Shown here: positions 57,748-64,000 of the stretch, piece by piece
How positions within the stretch are numbered: the first letter of the stretch is position 1
How the letters are laid out: each line of letters starts with the position of its first letter
Assembly (NCBI GenBank): GCA_003022365.1
Contig: PXOU01000007.1
Location: forward strand, 227 to 64,226
Direction of reading: 5' to 3'
From: Candidatus Saccharibacteria bacterium QS_5_54_17
GTDB taxonomy: Bacteria; Patescibacteriota; Saccharimonadia; QS-5-54-17
Length of the DNA: 64,000 nt
Notes under the pieces: generated by a model
What the model was told of the DNA's origin: nothing
The model's database searches: none
Seen by the model: the letters and a program-made list of their open reading frames with translations, nothing else
Position numbers and translations under genes: made by a program

Positions 57748-59414
57748 ATCCTGATGAGAAAGACTCCACTTCCACGGAAGCTGAACGAGAGCAAAAAGAA
57801 GAATCGTCCGGTCCGGAAAAAAGCCAGCAGTATAATGCTGCCGTGTCTTTGTTAAAAAAACCGATGCATAAATGGCGTGAGCTTACCCCTAAGGCCAAAC
57901 TGCTGAGTGCCGTTGGTGTGATAGTGTTACTTTCGTTGTTAGTGTTCGTGATACCCTCGGCGCGGTACGCCGCACTCAATCTTACCATGGGTACACAGAC
58001 GGTCGAGGTGTTCGTCGTAGATAAAAAGACCCAGCAACCGATCGATAAAGCCAATATCCAGTTCGGCGATACTATGGGCGAGACCGATGAAGAAGGAAGA
58101 GCGATATTGGAAGGGGTGGATTTCGGTCCCCGGCAGATTACCGTGGAAAAAGGGGCTTACGCGGATTTTAGCGGACAGTACACCGTTGATTTCAGGGTGG
58201 ATTTTTTCGGCCCTGTCGAACTTGAGCCGACAGGAGTCCCGCTTAAAATCCGAGCGGTTAATAAAATTTCAAAAACGAGTATCGATGATTTTCAAGTCGC
58301 GCTTAAAGGGTCGGAATTAAGCGCTCGTTCGAATGATAACGGAATTGCAGAATTAAGCGCCCCGCCTCCGGCGGAACGCGAGGTGGACGTTACCGTAACG
58401 GCTGACGGTTACTGGGAAAAAACATTCACGACCGAACTCCGGCTTGAACGAGAGTCATCTAAACCCGGCGTGGTAGAAGTTGTTCCTGAGGGCAAGCATT
58501 ACTTCCTTTCAAACAGAACTGGCACGATAGACTTGGTGGAGGCGAATCTGGATGGTTCAGAAAGAACCGTGGTCGTAGAAGGAACCGGTGATGAAAAACC
58601 GGGTACGCAATTCAAGGTATCTCCGGGCGGGGACTGTGGTGCCATGATCTCAACACGGGCCGGAGAACGCGGCCCATCAGGCGATTTATTGCCTGCTTTA
58701 TACATAGTCAATTTCCAGCAACGCACGATTGAACGGGTGGATGAAGGAGCTCCAAGTTTTCAACCGATCGGCTGGTCGGGAAATCAATTTATTTACCAGA
58801 TCAATTACCGGGACGCTGGACGCGAAGGCAATCAAAAGCTCAAATCCGTTGATACTGCGAGCAATAACGCTCTTGAAACCTATGTTGTTACAAAAGGGTA
58901 CTTCCAGGGGGTTACTCTTTTGCAAGATAAGCTTCTGTATAGCTTGACGCAAAACGAGCGTGAAAAGATAGGCACGTTCCGGATCGATGTGGACAATGGT
59001 TCGGAAAAACAAGTGATTGATACATCCTCCCACCGGACTAAGATTACTGGCGCGAAAACGGCTATTTATCAGGATGATAACGGTGTGGAATACGAATATT
59101 CCGCCGAAAGCGATAGCGTCAATGAATTACAGCAACCGTCGGAGTCCGTGGCCGGTTCGGACTTTACGGTTTCCGGCAAAGGAAAAGTCGCCTGGATAGA
59201 AACCAGGGACGGCACCCGGACTTTGATCGTGGAAGGAACCGCGGTAACTAAAGAAGTGAACGTGAGCGATATTCTACGTTGGCATGGCGAGGATTATATT
59301 ATTTATCACTCTACCAAGGACGGCTCGACTGATTACATCGTTCATGTGGATAGTCAGCAATCACTCGAGATAAGTGATACGTATGAACGTACTTCCCGCC
59401 GTCATCATTATTGA
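57735..59414 (+). CDS. TM-anchored extracytoplasmic protein with a PEGA/CarboxypepD_reg-like domain plus a probable beta-propeller; paralogue-like to 16417-17640.
   Basis: N-terminal TM. The beta-sandwich signature QTVEVFVVDKKTQQPIDKANIQFGDTMGETDEEGRAIL. TolB-like segments. Confidence 0.5.
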   Translation: MAQLDPDEKDSTSTEAEREQKEESSGPEKSQQYNAAVSLLKKPMHKWRELTPKAKLLSAVGVIVLLSLLVFVIPSARYAALNLTMGTQTVEVFVVDKKTQQPIDKANIQFGDTMGETDEEGRAILEGVDFGPRQITVEKGAYADFSGQYTVDFRVDFFGPVELEPTGVPLKIRAVNKISKTSIDDFQVALKGSELSARSNDNGIAELSAPPPAEREVDVTVTADGYWEKTFTTELRLERESSKPGVVEVVPEGKHYFLSNRTGTIDLVEANLDGSERTVVVEGTGDEKPGTQFKVSPGGDCGAMISTRAGERGPSGDLLPALYIVNFQQRTIERVDEGAPSFQPIGWSGNQFIYQINYRDAGREGNQKLKSVDTASNNALETYVVTKGYFQGVTLLQDKLLYSLTQNEREKIGTFRIDVDNGSEKQVIDTSSHRTKITGAKTAIYQDDNGVEYEYSAESDSVNELQQPSESVAGSDFTVSGKGKVAWIETRDGTRTLIVEGTAVTKEVNVSDILRWHGEDYIIYHSTKDGSTDYIVHVDSQQSLEISDTYERTSRRHHY

Positions 59415-59690
59415 GCCTTCTTTGTCACTGCGAACTTGGTTCGGAATCTCATTCTGCAACAGGGAAACGATCCCGGATCACTTCGACCTTGCTCAGTGCG
59501 GGTGGGGTCCGGGATGACAATTATTTTTCGTCACCCTCTCTGTCATTCCGGCCGCCGAGCCGGGATCCATTAAGCCGATAAGATTCTGAAACTGATTCTG
59601 AAGCTGATGCTAAAACCGATCCTGAAACAAGCCTGCCTGTCGGCAGACAGGTTCAGGATGACACATTCAGGAATGATATTTAGTCCAATT
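59415..59690. repeat. Composite repeat block R12.
   Basis: It contains tgtcactgcgaacttggttcggaatc, tgtcattccggccgccgagccgggat, tandem ~12-bp gattctgaaact units and the gatcctgaaacaagcctgcctgtcggcagacaggttcaggatgaca palindrome. Confidence 0.8.
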
Positions 59691-59873
59691 TTTGTTGCAG
59701 GGTCTTGATAATGATTCCGGGTGATACGCCCGTGAACACCTTACTGTAGGGGAGGTGTTCAATGTGTCGTGTCACTATACGGGCTTAAAATCTTGCGAAA
59801 TTTGCTATAAAACTTGCGTTTTCGGCATTTGTTCGATACTCTAGGGGTAGAGAAATCAAGGAGATGCTACAAG

Positions 59874-60491
59874 ATGAAGCAAACGCTGACCAAGAAACAG
59901 AAACATTTACTCGATTTCATCCGCCAGTTCGAGCAGGAATTCGGCTATTCACCTACCTATCGGGAGATTATGGACGGACTGCACTATACCTCGGTAGCCA
60001 CGGTTGCCCAGCACGTGGACAACCTATTATATAAGGGGTTTTTGCACAAAGGCAACAATGAAGCACGTTCCATCCAATTGGTGGACGCGGACGTCGATAC
60101 CCAGAACTTGAGTGGCTTACCGGTCAAGGGTTTAATCGCCGCTGGCGAACCCATAGCTGTACTGGATGATCCCAGCGAAACACTGCAGGTGCCCAACTTC
60201 ATGATCAAAAGCGATCAAAGTTACGTGCTGCAGGTCAAGGGCGAAAGCATGGTAGAGGATGGCATTCTGGATGGCGACTACATCGTGGTGAAAGAACAAA
60301 AAACCCCAGTCAACGGGGATGTGGTGGTGGCCATGATCAACGGCGAATCGGCCACGCTGAAGCACTTTTACCGTGAATCGAACCGCATCCGCTTGGAGCC
60401 GGCCAATGCCGCTATGGAGCCGATTTACGTTGATTCGGACAACGACATTGAGATCCAGGGCACCGTAACCGGGGTGATACGGACCTTTTAA
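59874..60491 (+). CDS. lexA: LexA repressor (S24 peptidase).
   Basis: N-terminal winged HTH LTKKQKHLLDFIRQ...GYSPTYREIMD. The cleavage/active-site contexts are ...AAGEP..., VKGESM and the Lys region VVVAMINGESATLKHF. AGGAG lies 10 nt upstream of ATG 59874. Confidence 0.85.
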   Translation: MKQTLTKKQKHLLDFIRQFEQEFGYSPTYREIMDGLHYTSVATVAQHVDNLLYKGFLHKGNNEARSIQLVDADVDTQNLSGLPVKGLIAAGEPIAVLDDPSETLQVPNFMIKSDQSYVLQVKGESMVEDGILDGDYIVVKEQKTPVNGDVVVAMINGESATLKHFYRESNRIRLEPANAAMEPIYVDSDNDIEIQGTVTGVIRTF

Positions 60492-61354
60492 TCCGCACTT
60501 CCTGCTATTTGGTTGATTGCTTCGTGTCCGTCCCGGACGGCCATAGTAGCTGCCTGTACCGCTGTCGCGCCAACTTGGAAGTAAAAGTCCGCGTCTTCGC
60601 CGGATTCGATACCGCCGACTCCGATGACATCCATGTTTTCAGGTAATCTTTCCCGGAACTGCTGGACTTGCCCCAAAGCAATCGGCAACATACTCCGTCC
60701 GCTGACACCGCCCCGGCCGGCTGCCAAAACCGGTTCGCCATCTCGGAGCATAACGCCGCCAGGAAATGTATTGCTCGTAGCTACCGCTGATATGTTTTCC
60801 GAGTCAATGATGGCGCCGGCTACCTCGTTTAGTTTCCCCGGGTCCGAATAGGGCGAGAGTTTGGCTACTTGTGGAATATCGGTAACTTTTCCTATCTCGG
60901 CCGCGATGTGCACCATCGTATCAGGATCGAAACTGGCTATGGGTTTTTGCTTGCCGCTTTCGCTTACGTTTGGGCAGCCGAAATTCAGCTCCAGAATGTC
61001 CACGCCGACTTCGTCTGCCATTTTTGCCAGCTGCACGTATTCCTCGGGAGAAAATCCGGCGATGCTGAGAGCGAACGCTTTTCCGGATTCGTGAGTTTTG
61101 GAAATCATATCCGGCAGGTGCCGGCGATAATACTCCATTCCTTCATTCGGCATCCCGAATGAATTCAGAGCATAGTCTTCGCCGGCGAACCAACGCGGTT
61201 CAGGGTTGCCTTCCCGCGGTTCCATGGTGATCGATCCGACTAATACTGCTCCTGTCTCAGTATTGCGCCATCGCTCGACATCTTCCGGCGTCTTGGCGAT
61301 ACTGCAGGCCGCGTTCATGACCGGCGGGTCGATTTCGAAATTGCCTTTTTCCAT
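60488..61354 (-). CDS. pyrD: Dihydroorotate dehydrogenase-like (class 1, PyrD family) flavoenzyme.
   Basis: NAACSIAKT...LNFGCPNV...GVGGIESGEDA, motifs of the DHOD class 1 TIM barrel. Confidence 0.7.
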   Translation of the reverse strand: MEKGNFEIDPPVMNAACSIAKTPEDVERWRNTETGAVLVGSITMEPREGNPEPRWFAGEDYALNSFGMPNEGMEYYRRHLPDMISKTHESGKAFALSIAGFSPEEYVQLAKMADEVGVDILELNFGCPNVSESGKQKPIASFDPDTMVHIAAEIGKVTDIPQVAKLSPYSDPGKLNEVAGAIIDSENISAVATSNTFPGGVMLRDGEPVLAAGRGGVSGRSMLPIALGQVQQFRERLPENMDVIGVGGIESGEDADFYFQVGATAVQAATMAVRDGHEAINQIAGSAD

Positions 61355-61477
61355 ACGTTCTCTCCTCTTTCCTTAATAATACCCCTAGCTTTGGTCAAAC
61401 AAAAATTCCGCCACGGTGGTATCTGCTCGAATTCTGTTATACTTCTATGGAAACAGTGATTTGAATGGGAGTAGCCC

Positions 61478-63205
61478 GTGAGCAACCTGATCGAGCCGCA
61501 TGGCGGCAAATTAACCAATTTACTGGTTGACGGGAATGAAAAAACCCGCTTGCATGAAGAATCTCGACAATGGAAATCCTTCGACCTAAATCAACGGCAA
61601 CTCTGCGACCTGGAACTGCTTTTAACGGGCGGATTTTCCCCGCTCTCTGGGTTCATGAAGCAGGAGGATTACCGGTCGGTGCTGGATGATATGCGCTTGC
61701 GTGACGGGACCTTGTGGCCGATGCCGATCACCCTGGATGTATCGGCGGAATTCGCTGAAAGCCTGCGTGAAGGAGAGAATATCGCGCTCCGTGACAGCGA
61801 AGGCGTCATGTTGGCCGTATTAACCGCCGAAGACATCTGGCAACCGGATAAGGAAGCCGAGGCCGAAGCCGTCTACGCTACGGCCGACACCTATCACCCG
61901 GCGGTCGAGCATCTGTTTAACCAAGCCGGGGATTACTATATCGGTGGCAGCGTGCAAGGTGTCTGTCTGCCGGCTCGATACGACTTCAAATTACATCGGA
62001 ACACACCCAGTGAACTCAGGTCTGAATTCGAGCGCATGGGCTGGCGCGACGTAGTCGCCTTCCAAACCCGGAATCCTATGCACCGGGCGCATGTCGAGCT
62101 GACGCTCAGGGCCGCCAAAGAAACCGGCGCTAACGTTTTGATACATCCGGTCGTCGGCATGACCAAACCCGGCGACGTGGACCACTACACCCGGGTGCGG
62201 GTGTATCAGAAAATTTTGGATAAATATCCTGCCTATACGGCCCATTTGAGCTTGTTGCCGCTGGCCATGCGTATGGGCGGCCCCCGGGAGGCGCTCTGGC
62301 ACGCCATTATCCGGAAAAACTACGGCTGCAATCACTTTATCGTCGGCCGCGACCATGCCGGTCCGGGCAAGAACAAAGACGGCGAAGACTTTTATGAACC
62401 GTATGCCGCCCAGGAATTCGTCCAGCAATATGAATCCGAGTTGGGAATGACGATCGTGCCGTTTCAAATGATGGTTTATGTGGATGATTTGGACATGTAC
62501 AAAGCGATCGACGAACTGGAGGAAAACCAGGAGTATAGCAGTATCTCCGGTACCCAACTCCGGGAACGTCTGGCCGACGGGCGGGAATTACCCGAGTGGT
62601 TTACCTACCCGGAAGTAGCCGAAGAGCTACGCCGGAGCTACCCGCCGCGGTACCGGCAAGGTTTCACGGTCTTTTTGACCGGTTTGTCCGGTTCGGGTAA
62701 ATCAACCATTGCCAAGGCGCTCCAAGCCCGGTTGCTGGAGATGGGCGGCCGGCCGGTGACGCTGCTGGACGGAGATATGGTCCGCAAACACCTCTCCAGC
62801 GAACTGGGGTTTTCCAAGCAACACCGGGATATCAACATCAAACGCATCGGCTTCGTGGCTTCGGAGATTACCAAGAACGGCGGCATCGGGATTTGCGCGC
62901 CCATCGCTCCGTATGAGGCTACCCGCCAGGAGGTTCGGGGTATGATTAGCGCCGGGGGTGGTTTCGTGTTGGCTTACGTGGCTACGCCGCTGGAAATTTG
63001 TAAGCAACGGGATCGGAAAGGCTTGTACGCCAAAGCCGAAGCTGGCGAAATCCAGGAATTCACCGGCATATCCGACCCCTACGAGGAGCCCGAGGATGCC
63101 GAGGTTGTGCTGGAGACCGAAGACACTACACCTGAGGAATCTGCCCAGCAGATCATCCTGCACCTGGAGAGCGAAGGTTATTTAGCCGGGGAAACGGATT
63201 CCTGA
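61478..63205 (+). CDS. sat: Bifunctional sulfate adenylyltransferase (ATP sulfurylase) / adenylyl-sulfate kinase, i.e. a PAPS synthase.
   Basis: The ATP sulfurylase motifs QTRNPMHRAH and GRDHAGPG. The C-terminal APS-kinase P-loop FLTGLSGSGKSTIA with the DGD...NIKRIGF region. Confidence 0.9.
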   Translation: MSNLIEPHGGKLTNLLVDGNEKTRLHEESRQWKSFDLNQRQLCDLELLLTGGFSPLSGFMKQEDYRSVLDDMRLRDGTLWPMPITLDVSAEFAESLREGENIALRDSEGVMLAVLTAEDIWQPDKEAEAEAVYATADTYHPAVEHLFNQAGDYYIGGSVQGVCLPARYDFKLHRNTPSELRSEFERMGWRDVVAFQTRNPMHRAHVELTLRAAKETGANVLIHPVVGMTKPGDVDHYTRVRVYQKILDKYPAYTAHLSLLPLAMRMGGPREALWHAIIRKNYGCNHFIVGRDHAGPGKNKDGEDFYEPYAAQEFVQQYESELGMTIVPFQMMVYVDDLDMYKAIDELEENQEYSSISGTQLRERLADGRELPEWFTYPEVAEELRRSYPPRYRQGFTVFLTGLSGSGKSTIAKALQARLLEMGGRPVTLLDGDMVRKHLSSELGFSKQHRDINIKRIGFVASEITKNGGIGICAPIAPYEATRQEVRGMISAGGGFVLAYVATPLEICKQRDRKGLYAKAEAGEIQEFTGISDPYEEPEDAEVVLETEDTTPEESAQQIILHLESEGYLAGETDS

Positions 63206-63424
63206 ATGTTATTAAAAAACCCCCGGCGTATCCATCTAGCCAAAACCCTCACCTGGCGGGTATCCGCCACCGTGGCCACCTTTTTAATCAGTTGGGCGGT
63301 CACCGGAGAATTGATTATCGGCGTGACGATCGGTATTGCCGACGTGGCCTTGAAAACCGTGCTCTACTATCTCCATGAACGGGCCTGGTTCCGCTATGCC
63401 CAGGACCATTCCGTCCAGGAATGA
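63206..63424 (+). CDS. DUF2061-family small membrane protein, commonly adjacent to cysC.
   Basis: A 72-aa, 2-TM protein with YYLHERAW. It starts 1 nt after the sat-cysC stop. Confidence 0.6.
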   Translation: MLLKNPRRIHLAKTLTWRVSATVATFLISWAVTGELIIGVTIGIADVALKTVLYYLHERAWFRYAQDHSVQE

Positions 63425-63540
63425 TCGTCCCGGTAATAATCGCCGCTGCACCCACACCTGGGCAAGTGGGTAACGGGAGTTGCGGCCAGCCGGGTCTGCT
63501 AAGATGGGTGACATGACAACCCGAATGGGGAGCTGAAGAC

Positions 63541-64000
63541 GTGGAAGCGCTCTTAGTAGCGGTCGTATTAACAGTCGCCTTACTGGCTTTACTCCGGGAA
63601 TGGTTACCGCCGGTGGTGATTTTTTTGTTGGCCTTGGGAGTGCTGTTATCCAGCAACATCATCACCGCTCAGCAAGCCTTTGCCGGTTTCAGCAACAGTG
63701 TGCTGTTCATCATCGGGTCGTTATTCGTGGTTGCCCACGCCGTGGAACGTACCGTCAACCTGGCAGGAGGAATGCAGCGAGTCCTGGGGTCCGGCGAAGG
63801 TCCACGGGGCACCCTGCTACGGCTGATGACGCCGGTGGTATTGCTGTCGGGCTTCATCAATAATACCCCGGTCGTAAGTATGTTGGTACCCCAAGTCGGC
63901 ACATGGGCCAATAAGCATGGTATATCCGCTTCGGTGTTGTTGATGCCGCTTTCCTTCGCGGCCGTAATGGGCGGGACTATCACGCTCATCGGCACCTCAA
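63541..64000 (+). CDS. SLC13/DASS-family anion permease (probable sulfate transporter), 3'-truncated by the window end.
   Basis: A GTG start lies 9 nt after GGGGAG. The frame is open to the window end. Motifs GFINNTPVVSMLVPQ and MPLSFAAVMGGTITLIGTS are characteristic of SLC13/ArsB-NhaD-superfamily permeases. The ORF is missing from the ORF track because it runs off the window. Confidence 0.7.
   Translation, partial: MEALLVAVVLTVALLALLREWLPPVVIFLLALGVLLSSNIITAQQAFAGFSNSVLFIIGSLFVVAHAVERTVNLAGGMQRVLGSGEGPRGTLLRLMTPVVLLSGFINNTPVVSMLVPQVGTWANKHGISASVLLMPLSFAAVMGGTITLIGTS

Noticed and set aside
59740-59873. Canonical Gram-positive LexA (Cheo) box CGAACATATGTTCG upstream of lexA
   Set aside because: Only a half-site-like TTGTTCGAT is present with no inverted partner. 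I did not annotate an SOS box and instead flagged the GGTGTTCAAT hairpin module as the candidate.

Overview
This 64-kb window spans the chromosomal replication-origin neighbourhood of a monoderm/CPR-like bacterium (about 50-55% GC). Its genes include a short Gram-positive-type YidC, LexA, a Gram-positive-type VirB4 and many secreted wall hydrolases. The conserved core is dnaA-dnaN-recF-DUF721 on the minus strand and, divergently, rpmH-rnpA-yidC-jag. DnaA boxes sit on both sides of dnaA. gyrB, which usually follows recF/DUF721, is not there. In its place lies a co-directional type-IV-secretion-like cluster (1-17640): a VirB6/TrbL-like polytopic protein, a VirB3/PrgI-like protein, a standalone VirB4 N-domain-like ORF, and a complete TrsE/PrgJ-type VirB4 ATPase. 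The cluster is unusually rich in peptidoglycan hydrolases: a lysozyme-like+M23 protein, an MltB-like transglycosylase+M23 protein, and a 1068-aa membrane protein with a C-terminal M15/LAS-type peptidase fold. No VirD4 or relaxase is visible. On the other side of the origin lies a roughly 22-kb cell-surface glycan locus. It carries GT2, dual-GT2 and GT4 enzymes, a polyprenyl-phosphate GT2 with three GT-C-like membrane paralogues, and Wzm/Wzt ABC exporter genes. It also has SAM and FkbM methyltransferases, an LPG-synthase-like flippase, two sulfotransferases and rmlA/rmlB. A sat-cysC PAPS synthase, a DUF2061 protein and an SLC13 permease lie at the window end. Interspersed are large secreted hydrolases (a 798-aa Amidase_2 protein, a 739-aa S8 subtilase, 1001-aa and 238-aa lysozyme-like proteins, a Zn-metalloprotease) that share a novel ~35-40-aa repeat and a conserved lysozyme-like motif. 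Nearly every intergenic gap of 150 bp or more (at least 12 loci, about 4 kb in total) is filled by one family of composite elements. These are built from a small set of recurring hairpin modules plus a polypyrimidine 'CTTGCTTCTT' microsatellite-like module, and several copies end in inverted purine/pyrimidine arms, which makes them MITE-like. I found no rRNA, tRNA or CRISPR array.
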